A DNA stretch of 64,000 nucleotides from Octopus vulgaris (GCA_951406725.2 OX597817.1:48050001-48114000); one strand, 5' to 3'. Shown: positions 13,088 to 25,450, counted from the first letter of the stretch. Made by a program: numbers and translations. The notes: a model not told the origin generated them from the letters alone.

Positions 13088-13350
13088 TAATAATAATATT
13101 AGGGAGTATAACTCCAAACTTACAGTGAAAACTTCAATTTAGTATTAAATCAAATTTCACAGTATAAATATATAAAATATGAATTAGAGATAAAACTACT
13201 ATTATGCAACTCAAACAGTGATAGACATAAACCAATAGATAAATAACAAATAATATATATAATTGATAATACCCTCTAGGAAAGAATATATTTTGAAACT
13301 TAATAATATTATTATGTTTATCATTCATTTTATACTTTTTGAAAAAAAAG

Positions 13351-13411
<61 letters not shown>

Positions 13412-13786
13412 TATATATTATATTAATTATATATATTATTTGTTATTTATGTATTGGTTTATGTCTATCACTGTTTTAGTTGTATAATAGTGGTTTTATC
13501 TCTAATTCATATTTTATATATTTATACTGTGAAATTTGATTTAATACTAAATAGAATTTTCCCCTGTAAGTTTGGAGTTATACTTCCTAATATTATTATT
13601 ATTATTGATAGCTTACGTTTATTGAGTGTATTTAATCTTAATTTCGTATGTTATGGAACTTACAGGTAAGATGGAACCGGTATTTTGGAATTCATCTCTG
13701 AAGGATATTCCAATACCCTCTAGGAAAGAATATATTTTGAAACTCATTAATAATATTATTATATTTATCATTCATTTTATACTTTT

Positions 13787-13849
<63 letters not shown>

Positions 13850-14030
13850 TATATATACTATATTATATATTATATTAATTATATATATTATTTGTTATTT
13901 ATGTATTGGTTTATGTCTATCACTGTTTGAGTTGCCTAATAGTGGTTTTATCTCTAATTCATATTTTATAAACACATATATATATAATATATACAATAAT
14001 AATATATATAATTGATAATACCCTCTATAA
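13088..14030. mobile_element. Rearranged Penelope-like 5'/pLTR remnant with inverted duplication
   Basis: 13088-13260 is inverted against 13435-13605 and partly duplicated at 13860-13970. 13671-13760 encodes MEPVFWNSSLKDIPIPSRKEYILKLI, resembling the SLKNIPIPS..Y..LI N-terminus of some PLE ORFs. Confidence 0.6.
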
Positions 14031-14037
14031 TATTAGT

Positions 14038-14372
14038 GGAGGCGCAATGGCCCAGTGGTTAGGACAGCGGACTCGCGGTCGTAGGATCGCGGTTTCGATT
14101 CCCAGACTGGGCGTTGTGAGTGTTTATTGAGCGAAAACACCTAAATGTTCCACGAGGCTCCGGCAGGGGATGGTGGTGATCCCTGCTGTACTCTTTCACC
14201 ACAACTTTCTCTCACTCTTACTTCCTGTTTCTGTTGTACCTGTATTTCAAAGGGCCGACCTTGTCACTCTCTGTGTCACGCTGAATATCCCCGAGATATT
14301 TCACGAGCAGGCTGTTCCATTGATTCGGATCAACCGGAACCCTCGTCGTCGGAACCGACGGAGTGCTTCCAC
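14038..14372 (+). mobile_element. tRNA-derived SINE family C
   Basis: ggcgcaatggcccagtggttag..ggtttcgattcc head. Longer copies at 32194-32577 and 33397-33740. Confidence 0.82.
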
Positions 14373-14727
14373 TACAATAATAAGAAAATGGAGGGGATGA
14401 AGCGGTGATATTCACCAACTTTTAGACATATGTCTATATATTTTATAAAAAGGCAATTATATCAGTAAACTCTTTTGGAATTATTATATATATATATTTG
14501 GTATACGGAAACTGAAAGAAGCCCGTCGTTTACATATATATGTATTTGTATATATATATATGTATGTGTGTGTGTGGAGGGGCTATGTGTGCGTGTGTGT
14601 GGTATATGTATGCGTGCGTGTGCGCGCGCGCATCTTTGTGCCTGTTTCTTCACAACCAGTGCTGGTGCGTTTACGTCCCCGTAACTTAGCCCTCCAATTC
14701 AACATTGCAGGCGTCGTGCGCAAACTA

Positions 14728-15294
14728 TTGGGCTGTCCGGAAAGTTCGTGCCGATTTATAGTAGCTTACCTTTCGACTTATTTTAGAAAATTGTTGAGTC
14801 CATAAAATAGGATTTGATTACACCTCCTTTTAGAGTACAGTTTAAGCTATCTTTTTGTGGAAGTAGGTTTATGTTCCTATAACCTATGTTAATTCTGTAA
14901 CCCTTTAAAATGGAAGATGAGAAAGTTCATTTTCAGCACTTGATGCTTTGGGAACAAGACAAAAATTGCTGCAGCTCGGCTGGGATGTGTTACCCCCACC
15001 CTTCATATTCACCCGATATTGCTCCTTCGGATTTCCACATATTCAGGTCTCTGCAGAAAAGTCTTAATGGTAAAAATTTTAATTCCTTGGATGACGTAAA
15101 AAGATACCTTGATGAATTCTTTGCCTTGAAACCACCTCAATTCTGGGAAATGGGTATTTTCAAGTTAAAGGAAAGATAGAGACGCATTGTGCAACAAAAT
15201 GGTTCATATTTGGCTGATCAAAAATGTAATGGTAAGTATTTATTGACGTTTTTCTTTCCTTTAAAAATCGGCACGAACTTTCCGGACAAGCCAA
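14728..15294 (+). mobile_element. Internally deleted mariner (non-autonomous)
   Basis: TIRs ttgggctgtccggaaagttcgtgccgattt / aaatcggcacgaactttccggacaagccaa; TA on both sides; HPSYSPDIAPSDFHIFRSL motif. Confidence 0.9.
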
Positions 15295-15854
15295 TAGAAA
15301 TGGTTGTCACAACCAGGCTGGCAGAATCGATAGAATGTCGGAAGGGATATATAATGGACTTATTGTATACAGTGCTCAAGTTCATTGCTTTACTGTATTT
15401 CTTCCCGTTGTTTATGTTCTTAAAAGCTCTATGAGTAAAGACATAACAAGCTGGGCACTTCCTGACGTAATTTAACTGTAAGCCATCTGTTTCTGCGTAG
15501 TTACGATTCATCAGTTTGGCCCACCGATTCATACACACACATACACGTGTAGCTTTTTATCTTTTACTTGTCTCTGTCACTGGACTGCAGCCCTGTCAGG
15601 GAACCGTAGTGAGGGATTGAGTAAAAAAAATCGACATCCAGTAATTATTTTAAAACCATATACTTATTTTATCGGTCTAATTTGCCGAACCGCTAAGTGA
15701 CAGGGACGTAAAAAAAACAACGCCGGTTGTCAAGCGATGGTAGGGGACAAACACAAACACACCGGGGCGGGTGATCCGATCTCTTGAGGAACCTCTGGAT
15801 TACAGAGACTTCTGGGTTTTGCTTCCTTTTCTTTTCCATCCTTATTAGCCTTGC

Positions 15855-15932
<78 letters not shown>

Positions 15933-16295
15933 TATATATATATATGAACTTTACATATTCTTTTATTCTTTTAATCTTTTATTCTTTTATTTGTTTCAGT
16001 CATATGACGGCGATCATACTGAACAAATCGACCCCAGGATATACTCTTTGTAAGCCTAGTACTTATTCTATCGTTCTCTTTTCCCGAACAGTTAAGTGAT
16101 TCTTCCTGTCGAAGGTCCCAGATGAACCTACTTCGCGGCAGGAGGCCCAAGTGGGGGAAGCGACATCAAACTCCCTTATCCACCAAATGCCACATATCAC
16201 AGGAGGCTCTCAATAACAGTGTAGCAAAACGGCGGTGCTCCAGCATAGACACAGCTTTTAGCTGAACCAATAAAAGATATAAGTATACATATACA

Positions 16296-16841
16296 CAGTA
16301 AGGCCTCGATATACGAGCTAATTTGTTCTCAGAGACTGCTCGTAAAGCGAAAACTCGTAAAGCAGAGGAATAATTTCCCATGGTATCAATGTTATAAATA
16401 CTAATTCGTTCCCAGAAATTTTTTTTACCTATAAAATTTATAATACTCGTAAATGAATCGCAATAAAACAGTAGAATGTAAAGAATATTTCATATGAAAT
16501 AAAAAGAATATCAGGATCACTTATAATGACAAATATTATTATTATAATCGTTTTCTGAATCACTTTCATTCGCACTAGACTTGCACACACCATCGCGATC
16601 GCCGATTCACAAGCACTCGTAGACGGACTTATAGATTTCTTTTTAATAAACAAGTCTAGAGTTGCTTGTGTAGAAGCTTCTTTTCGCTCTCTATAAATTT
16701 CTCGGTAACGCACAGAAGCATTTGTTATGGCAATATAAATTTTTGCTCTTCGTTCAATACTTGGATCGTGTGCTTGAAAAATAAAACTCGTAAACCCAGG
16801 GTCACGTGAAACGGGTCCTTGTAAAGTGAAGTATTACTCTG
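16296..16841. mobile_element. Probable pogo/Tigger-like MITE
   Basis: cagtaaggcctcgatatacgag left end; degenerate cttgtaaagtgaagtattactctg right end; repeated ctcgtaa motifs. Confidence 0.5.
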
Positions 16842-16909
16842 TATGTATGTATGTATGTATGTATGTATGTATGTATGTATGTATGTATGTATGTATGTAT
16901 GTATGTATG

Positions 16910-16948
<39 letters not shown>

Positions 16949-17166
16949 TCAATATAGGGTGGCAAAAAATTTCGTAGAATTTATTTGCCACCAGCGGCCT
17001 AATGGGAAAAAATTAAATAGTCATAGACCATTTATAAGTTCAACATCACAATCAAGGAATGGCCATAATAGGCCATTCACCCACTAGAAATAACAGCCAA
17101 AGCTTCAACCGCAAAATAACATTAATTCCGCAAACCAGGAGAAAATTAAAAACATTTACCCTGTAA

Positions 17167-17271
17167 TTTCTTATACGATGCACCGTTTCATCTATTGTTT
17201 AATGGTAAACTAACCTGATTAAATTAAATCAAGCCAATCTTCCATAGGCCGATAGATTCGTCAGTAAGAAA
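17167..17271 (-). ncRNA. Type I hammerhead with large stem II (482-bp family, copy 1)
   Basis: UUUCUUA-CUGACGA-AUCUAU..AUAGAU-GAAAC GG UGCA UC GUA^UAAGAAA. Confidence 0.82.
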
Positions 17272-17648
17272 CAGCCAGATCCAAGCAGATATTATCACGA
17301 GGCACCTCTATCCCTGCCTCGGCAATATCTGACCTAAAATTTTCAAATCATCGCACTCGCGCCAAATTTATCGGCAGCAAATATAAGCCGCCGATTCCAT
17401 TACGGAATTAACCAGAAAATTCATAATTAATCAATATAGGGTGGCAAAAAATTTCGTAGAATTTATTTGCCACCAGCGGCCTAGTGGGAAAAAATTAAAT
17501 AGTCATAGACCATTTATAAGTTCAACATCACAATCAAGGAATGGCCATAATAGGCCATTCACCCACTAGAAATAACAGCCAAAGCTTCAACCGCAAAATA
17601 ACATTAATTCCGCAAACCAGGAGAAAATTAAAAACATTTACCCTGTAA

Positions 17649-17753
17649 TTTCTTATACGATGCACCGTTTCATCTATTGTTTAATGGTAAACTAACCTGA
17701 TTAAATTAAATCAAGCCAATCTTCCATAGGCCGATAGATTCGTCAGTAAGAAA
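17649..17753 (-). ncRNA. Type I hammerhead (482-bp family, copy 2)
   Basis: Same motif, 482 bp from copy 1. Confidence 0.82.
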
Positions 17754-18129
17754 CAGCCAGATCCGAGCAGATATTATCACGAGGCACCTCTATCCCTGCC
17801 TCGGCAATATCTGACCTAAAATTTTCAAATCATCGCACTCGCGCCAAATTTATCGGCAGCAAATATAAGCCGCCGATTCCATTACGGAATTAACCAGAAA
17901 ATTCATAATTAATCAATATAGGGTGGCAAAAATTTCGTAGAATTTATTTGCCACCAGCGGCCTAGTGGGAAAAAATTAAATAGTCATAGACCATTTATAA
18001 GTTCAACATCACAATCAAGGAATGGCCATAATAGGCCATTCACCCACTAGAAATAACAGCCAAAGCTTCAACCGCAAAATAACATTAATTCCGCAAACCA
18101 GGAGAAAATTAAAAACATTTACCCTGTAA

Positions 18130-18234
18130 TTTCTTATACGATGCACCGTTTCATCTACTGTTTAATGGTAAACTAACCTGATTAAATTAAATCAAGCCAA
18201 TCTTCCATAGGCCGATAGATTCGTCAGTAAGAAA
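18130..18234 (-). ncRNA. Type I hammerhead (482-bp family, copy 3)
   Basis: Same motif; one A>G change turns a stem II U-A pair into U-G. Confidence 0.82.
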
Positions 18235-18294
18235 CAGCCAGATCCGAGGCAGGGATAGAGGTGCCTCGTGATAATATCTGCTCGGATCTGGCTG

Positions 18295-18399
18295 TTTCTT
18301 ACTGACGAATCTATCGGCCTATGGAAGATTGGCTTGATTTAATTTAATCAGGTTAGTTTACCATTAAACAGTAGATGAAACGGTGCATCGTATAAGAAA
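18295..18399 (+). ncRNA. Type I hammerhead (482-bp family, inverted copy)
   Basis: TTTCTTA 18295-18301; CTGACGA 18302-18308; ATCTA 18309-18313 / TAGAT 18372-18376; GAAA 18377-18380; GTA 18390-18392; TAAGAAA 18393-18399. Confidence 0.85.
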
Positions 18400-18516
18400 T
18401 TACAGGGTAAATGTTTTTAATTTTCTCCTGGTTTGCGGAATTAATGTTATTTTGCGGTTGAAGCTTTGGCTGTTATTTCTAGTGGGTGAATGGCCTATTA
18501 TGGCCATTCCTTGATT

Positions 18517-18581
<65 letters not shown>

Positions 18582-18597
18582 ATATATATATATATAT

Positions 18598-18915
18598 AAA
18601 GTATCCAACATTGGTGTCTCTGGAAATTTACTACAATTGATCAAGTGTTTCCTGAGAGACAGAACCCAATATGTTGTAGTCGAAGGAGTAAAATCAAGCC
18701 CAGCCAAAGTCAGTAGTGGTGTTCCACAAGGCACTGTGTTGGTCACACTTCTTTTCATCATCTATATCAATGGAATTACTGACAACATCAAGCACAGTAA
18801 CATAAGACTCTTTGCAGATGATTCTAAGATCCAGAAGGTCATCAATGAAGTGGGTGACCGGACATGCCTTCAGTCAAATCTACAGGCTGTCTTCCAATGG
18901 ACAGAAAAGAATTGA
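18598..18915 (+). mobile_element. CR1-like LINE RT fragment
   Basis: RTQYVVVEGVKSSPAKVSSGVPQGTVL..FADDSK; closely similar to the RT at 1550-1860. Confidence 0.88.
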
Positions 18916-19478
18916 TTAAACTGATTAAATTTCTACCTCCCTCCTCCTCTTTCTGTGATTCTTGAAAATTTCATTAACAACCTGAACCACTGCAATATAA
19001 GACTGTCATTTTGCTTCTCATTCGGATTCCCTGATATTTTCGCATGATTGTACCCTAAATCTCTCCACAAAACTGGATTATGAACTATAAGGACATACAC
19101 AAATTTTGTAAGTTCAAGACTTTTTCATCGGATCTCCAAAAGATCGAACTTATCTGCGATTCTTGTAAATTTCAATAACAATCTGTTCCTCTACACGATA
19201 TGACAGTCACTATGCTTTTACTCAGACTTTCCTCTACATGATATGGCAGTCACTTTGCCTCTTACTCGGATTTTCAGAAATTTTGCATGACTGTATCCGA
19301 AAATTTCTTCACACAACTTGATCAAATATTCAATATGAGCTATATGTAGACATGCATAAATTCTATAGGTTTAAAACCTTTCATCGGATCTCCATGAATC
19401 GAACTTTCTTCAATGCAGTTAATCTTACAACCTCTTTTGTATCTACCCCTTTTGATGTTTGGGAATTCTCTGATGTTT

Positions 19479-19566
19479 TTTCGGCTGACGAGTACGGGCC
19501 ATCTGTATTCACTGCATTTTTTGTAGCTTATTAAAGATGTCCTCGTACGAAACGATCGTACCGAGA
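19479..19566 (+). ncRNA. Type I hammerhead with extended stem II (paralogue of 10231-10325)
   Basis: TTTCGG/CCGAGA stem I; CTGACGA 19485-19491; GTACG/CGTAC stem II extended by CATCT/AGATG; GAAA 19549-19552; C-GATC-G; GTA 19558-19560. Confidence 0.85.
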
Positions 19567-19920
19567 TTTTAATCCATTCTTGTTGCTTTTTTCCTATTTG
19601 TAATCACCCCACTTGTCGTATGGTTAACACCATATAGATTTCCGGTGCATCCTAGTTAAGGACCATATTCATGTGAATTCTTTAGAATTCACTAGAATCT
19701 AAATTACTTAACCGAATATATATATATATACAAGTAGTTGAATGAATTATCTTAGTATGGATAATTCGGTTAACCGATACCTGGGTAGCAAATTCAAGTT
19801 AGAAAAACACGGTTGAAGCTACATGCCAAGGGCAGAGATCACGTGCTTTCGTGTGGAAATTTGTGTGTTTTTTTAATACAAATAAATGAAAGAATGGAGT
19901 TGAACGACGATTTAACAAAA

Positions 19921-20019
19921 TTCCTTTATTCTCGACATATGTTTCGAAGGCTGCATATTCCTAATTTTGAAGGAATAAGGGGTGCATTATACCGCCTTCT
20001 CATCAGGAAAAACAAGGAA
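19921..20019 (-). ncRNA. Type I hammerhead with branched stem II in a PLE pLTR
   Basis: Minus strand reads UUUUC-CUGAUGA-GAAGGC..GCCUUC-GAAAC AUAU GUC^GAGAA. Stem I extends through uuccuu/aaggaa. Confidence 0.85.
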
Positions 20020-20544
20020 CTTATGTCAGCATCAAGATGAACAAAAACTTTTAGATGACTGCCCACACGGAGCTCATAGCGATAATGAGTGTTTCTTTAA
20101 AATATTCCGTTATAAGCAGTGACGTCAAAATGGTTGAATGCAGAAGATTCTAGAAGGTTCAATGGTTCAAACAAGGTAGGAGGAGAGAGGTCTAAGAATA
20201 GGAAGGTGACAGGGTGCAAGTCATATGAATGGTGATTTGTTGTTGTTTTCTTTTGTGATTGAATGTCTATGTGTGTGTATGTATATAATTGCATTCATGT
20301 CTATGTGTGTGTATGTGTGTGCGTGAGTGTGTGTGTGTGGTTGGATAGATGCCAAAAACAAACAGTGGTGAAGTGACAGGTTTGTGTCTGTGTGTTTGAT
20401 TGTGCTTACGATAGAGAGAGGGAAAGAGAGAGAGAGGAGGTCGAGGTAGAGAGACAAAGGTAAAACCTAAAAAATTTGTCTATTGGGGTGATGTATAAAA
20501 GGAACCAAATTATTAAAATTCAGGGAGGTTATCTATATTAATCA

Positions 20545-20976
20545 TTATTCATATGAGTGAAAGGTGTGTTTCTGCCAGTGCATGCACCTATAGGATTTTT
20601 CAATCATTGTATTTATTAAAGGGAATTTGGCGAACAATGTATGGAAAAGTTCGGAATTACAGACGTCACAAAATTTTCTGCCCTTATCAAACGGAAAGGA
20701 TACAGACAATATGGACCATTCCAGCTTGAAAGTTGTATTGCTGTCCTTAAGACGCCAAACTAATTTACTTAGTCCAGTGCTTTGTTGTTTTCTCTTATCT
20801 CGGAAAGTTGAATAATGATTGGAGATCCTGTGGGTTAATTTAGAAGTAGTTGCCCCAATGTAGAAGAAGACATCGGTACCGGAAGAAATTTTACACTGGT
20901 AAATGGAATTTTTAATTTTGGAATTGCTGGAAAAGAACTTTAATCTGTTAGGGTTTACCTCCGAGACTAAGACTTT
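20545..20976 (-). CDS. GIY-YIG endonuclease domain of a 5'-truncated Penelope-like element (no start codon; missed by the ORF track)
   Basis: Hand translation: ..[121 protein letters not shown]. Contains SIY..YIG, catalytic-type R, E and N, plus CxxC and CxH. Confidence 0.85.
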   Translation of the reverse strand, partial: KVLVSEVNPNRLKFFSSNSKIKNSIYQCKISSGTDVFFYIGATTSKLTHRISNHYSTFRDKRKQQSTGLSKLVWRLKDSNTTFKLEWSILSVSFPFDKGRKFCDVCNSELFHTLFAKFPLINTMIEKSYRCMHWQKHTFHSYE

Positions 20977-21057
20977 TTATTGTTATGATTGCTAGGAATT
21001 GTTGGAATAGTATTGTGGTCAATGGTAGCAATAATATTAACAGCATATATATATATT

Positions 21058-21196
<139 letters not shown>

Positions 21197-21315
21197 CTTT
21201 TACCTTTTGCTTGTTTCAGTCATAAGACTGTGGCCATGCTGTCGCACCGCCTTGATAACTTTTTAGTCTAATGAATCGACCCCAGTACTTAATATTTTAA
21301 ACCTAGTATTTAACA

Positions 21316-21550
21316 AGGCGGCAAGCTGGCAGAATCGTTAGCACGTCGGGCAAAATGCGTAGCCATATTTCGTCTGCCGTTACGTTCTGAGTTCAAATTC
21401 CTCCGAGGTCGACTTTGCCTTTCATCCTTTCGGGGTCGATAAATTAAGTACCAGTCACGCACTGGGGTCGATATAATTGACTTAATCCGTTTGTCTGTCC
21501 TTGTTTGTCCTCTCTGTGTTTAGCCCCTTGTGGACAGTAAAGAAATAGGT
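21316..21550 (+). mobile_element. tRNA-derived SINE family B (Nin/Deu-like central domain)
   Basis: ggcggcaagctggcagaa..gagttcaaattcc head and gcctttcatcctttcggggtcgataaa domain. Copies at ~23415-23635, 31171-31402(-), 35920-36142, 39740-39927(-), 58437-58671(-), 62235-62465(-). Confidence 0.82.
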
Positions 21551-22164
21551 ATTTATTCTATCGGTCCCTTTGACAAGTACTTCAATTTATTACTTTCTCT
21601 CCCCAACCCATCCAGTCATCAAAAGCCGAATGTCAATGCTGAATGGGAAAGTAACACGATTTGAAATCAAAGAAGTCATTTTGAATACAAGGATTTGAAA
21701 TCTGTAGAAGGACAGATACAATAACTGTGGGACGCTTTTCCCGTTGCCGTAATGAGCTCATCAGTTCACCGTCCTTGAAGTTTGTCAAATAATATGAATC
21801 AACACAAAGCAGATCGTAAACACAAACGTAATACACAAAATAATACATTGAAGCCCGGATATGGCGCATAAAACCACCCACGCACATGGTTGAGCTTTTC
21901 TTTTAGAACAGGTTTTGAGCAGGACGTGCAACACAACTTTCAATGAGGTAATACTTTGGAAATTTCGCAAGGTATATAAAACGTAATATCCGGCTATTTT
22001 ACTGCATGTATATACAGAATCTAGCTGTTATTCAATGTATTGTATGTTCATTATAAGCTGCAATCTATACATCCTATAATACCATTCTCTATAGTATAAA
22101 CAATACACCCACACACAAACACAAAAACTAACTGTACACTATAATATATAACATTGTACATATA

Positions 22165-22272
<108 letters not shown>

Positions 22273-22275
22273 GAC

Positions 22276-22379
<104 letters not shown>

Positions 22380-22609
22380 GTTCCTTTTTTTTTCCTCTTC
22401 CCCTTTTTTTCCCCTTTTTCTTCTTTTTTCATTTCTCTTTTCTTTTGTTCCTTTTCCCTTTCTTTTTTTCTTTTATTCTTTTTATTTTTTATTCTATTTT
22501 TTATTTTTTTTTCATTTTTTATTTTTTTTTGTTCTTTTCTTCCCTTTTACGATCCCTCTTGATCGAAAACCTACGCCACCCCCTTTTTTTCATCCCACCA
22601 TATTATTAT

Positions 22610-23230
22610 TGGTGGCCAGTCTCTCTCAGAAATGGTCCAAGAGGAAATTATTCTTGAAAGGTCGAGCAGAGATGGCGAATGCGCACATCACCTCTTTAAT
22701 AACTTGTCAGGTGACCGTTGTACCTTGCCCCAGTCCACGTTTGGCCGAACTGAAGCATTTTCTTCTCCTCTTCCAGTGGAAAGGGCGCGTTCAATTGGTC
22801 AGGCAGTTTATCTATTGCCAGTGTCCCCTGAATTGCGGGCTTGGCATGCTATGGTCGCTAATGCGGAGACCCACGTTGTGAATACACCACTTACCAGATT
22901 TTCCTGGATAGTGAGTCGATATAGTCTCCGTTCGTAAGATACACTTTTCACTAGCTTATCTCTTTAAAAGAGCTGCAATTTTGGGGTCAAGAAAAGATCA
23001 TGATCAGGTGCCTGGCATCTGAAATATCGTCAAACGCGCACTGCTCTCTACCAGTCGGGCAATACGGCCAGTGGAAGTTCTACGGTAGCTATATAGAAAT
23101 CTAGCTGTGGGTAAGGGCGATGGTGTTCTCCGAGAAACTCAAGACTTCGACGAAAATGAACTAGTTTGTCTATTTCGGAGGACTTACGAGTCCGGTACTA
23201 CCATGAATAATTTCCAGAAATCCCTGCCTA
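22610..23230 (+). mobile_element. Decayed Tx1/L1-like LINE ORF2 fragment (post-RT region)
   Basis: WSKRKLFLKGRAEMANAHITS..FQWKG..CGLG, followed later by MNNFQKSL. Confidence 0.7.
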
Positions 23231-24045
23231 ATATTTTTTTTGGCGAGTAGCTTAATCGATTAGATCAACCCCAGTATTTGACCCCAGAGTATTTGAAATG
23301 CAAAGTCGGCTTCAACGGTATATGAACTCAGAAGAAATACCAGATTGCTGTTTAAAAGAGTTGTTTCTGTTTCTAGCTGGTAATTTTGAGGTGATAATAA
23401 GTTGATACTATCTGACAGAATCGTTAGCACGCCGGGCGAAATGCATAGCCGTATTTCGTCTGCCGTTACGTTCTGGGTTCAACTTCCGCCGAGGCCGACT
23501 TTGTCTGTCATCCTTTCGGGGTCGATAAATGAAGTACTAGTTACGCACTGGGTCGATGTAATCGACTTAATCCGTTTGTCTGTCCTTGTTTGTCCTCTTT
23601 GTGTTTAGCCCCTTGTGGGTAATAAAGAAATAGGTTTCAGAATTTCATTTTGTTTACTCCAAGTAGAACAAAAAAATGCTGAAAATTAAGATTACTTGTA
23701 GAAAGATTTGAACTCAGATAACAGACATTTACAACAAATTCCAGAGAGTAATTCTCCACCGACTGTGCTAGTTACCACTTCTCTAAATCTAGCTAAAAAT
23801 ATCAGCATTGTCTAAAGAAAACGTAGATACTAACCGCAACAACCAAAATAACTTATGTAGAGCAATGTGACACATCGAAACACCTGCAGCGATGATCAAA
23901 ATATTTTTTAGAACAGGTTTCATGCTTTATTTACATAAGGAGTGGAACGCAATTTCCTATGGTCTTTGGAAATTTCCCAAGATAATAACCGCCTACCCTA
24001 CAGCATATATGTACGGTACATATGCATGCACCTGTAATCAACTGT

Positions 24046-24093
<48 letters not shown>

Positions 24094-24202
24094 GTAAATA
24101 TATATACATATATATGTATATATGAACACACACACATACACACATGCACACATACACACACACATATATATACGCACACACATATACATATATGTATATA
24201 TA

Positions 24203-24383
24203 CAGGGTGTCCCAGAAGTTGCACACCACCCCTGTTTTTTTTTTTTAAAGAATACACCCCTATTCATTTCAAAAACACTTTATTGAGCACCCTCTACAAT
24301 AAAACGTGCCGAAAAAATATGATAAAATGTTTTAATTATATTAAATGAAAACCAGAATGGTGCGCGACTTCTGGGACACCCTG
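24203..24383. mobile_element. Tc1/mariner MITE
   Basis: TIRs cagggtgtcccagaagttgcacacca / tggtgcgcgacttctgggacaccctg, with TA on both sides. Confidence 0.88.
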
Positions 24384-24479
<96 letters not shown>

Positions 24480-24815
24480 TATATACATATACATATACAT
24501 ATATATATATATATTGATAAAAACGGTAGCAAAAGAAAGAAAGAGAACTCGATATTATGTAAATAGGAGAATTTATCTGTAAATGTAATATGTGACAATT
24601 ATTCGGTAGCCAGGATAAAACTATTGGAAATCCTTACGGCTCTCGAAAGGATGAAAGGCAATGTGGATCTCGGTGGAATTTGAACAGAGAACGGAAAGAA
24701 GGACGGATTGCTGTTAAGCATTTTGCTCGGAGTGGTGGCAATTCTATCAGCTCGCTTGCAGCTTTCAACACACACATACACAAACACACACACACACACA
24801 CACGCATATAGACAC

Positions 24816-24847
<32 letters not shown>

Positions 24848-24851
24848 GTAT

Positions 24852-25450
24852 AGGGACGGAGAATGCGGCCTTCCGCCTGTTGAGTCGAAAGGGTCGGGGA
24901 TAGAGTTTGCAATCATGCCCATGAAAACCTCTATCCGACGCAGGGGTGAAAAACTCCGCAAATGGTAGGTTTACGTTCCCGTTGAAGATGTTCAAAGCCA
25001 GGAAGAGACCCCCCCCCCCGCATTCTCCGTCGTTCGAGTGAAGGTAATGCCAGCAGTGGGAGATGTTCCTCATACGTAAGCTTAGACAAGCTCGTGACCA
25101 TTCGGGTGGTTAAATGTTGAACCCGTTCCAGGTGCTGAATGTCTTTCTAGAGTTATAAGTCTGAGGCCTGGATGGGCCCAACTAGACTGACGTTTAACTG
25201 CCGAAAGACGTCCATTGAAAGGTTGGCAAAGGACCGGCGGATGAGGAAATGATTCCTTCTGGCTTTGTTCGCTGTCTCGATACACTGCGGTGTTGGTATG
25301 AAAGTAGTATCGATCATTATGCCGAGATCCTTTTCTTCAGTGACCATCTTAAGATGCTAGTAGTTAGGTTCTATTCAGGTAAGAACGTCGTAGGGAACAG
25401 TATAAAGCTCGTCCACCTTCTGATTTCACCCGATGCTATCCAGCTGTAGT
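24852..25450 (-). mobile_element. Decayed CR1-like LINE C-terminal fragment
   Basis: EEKDLGIMID..ANKARR..IRRSF and RGFHGHDCKLYPRPFRLNRRKAAFSV. Confidence 0.75.

Larger units (their letters stand above)
16942..18521. repeat. 482-bp tandem array (2.7 copies) with fold-back, one hammerhead per unit
   Basis: Units start at 16942, 17424 and 17906. The sequence switches to reverse complement at CCGAG 18244-18248 and runs to 18521. Flanked by (TA)n. Confidence 0.93.

Noticed and set aside
14038-14110. tRNA genes at SINE heads
   Set aside because: A/B boxes are present, but each head runs into a multi-copy SINE body and I could not fold a full cloverleaf.
21725-21770. CTGATGA..GAAA on minus
   Set aside because: Stems I and II do not pair.
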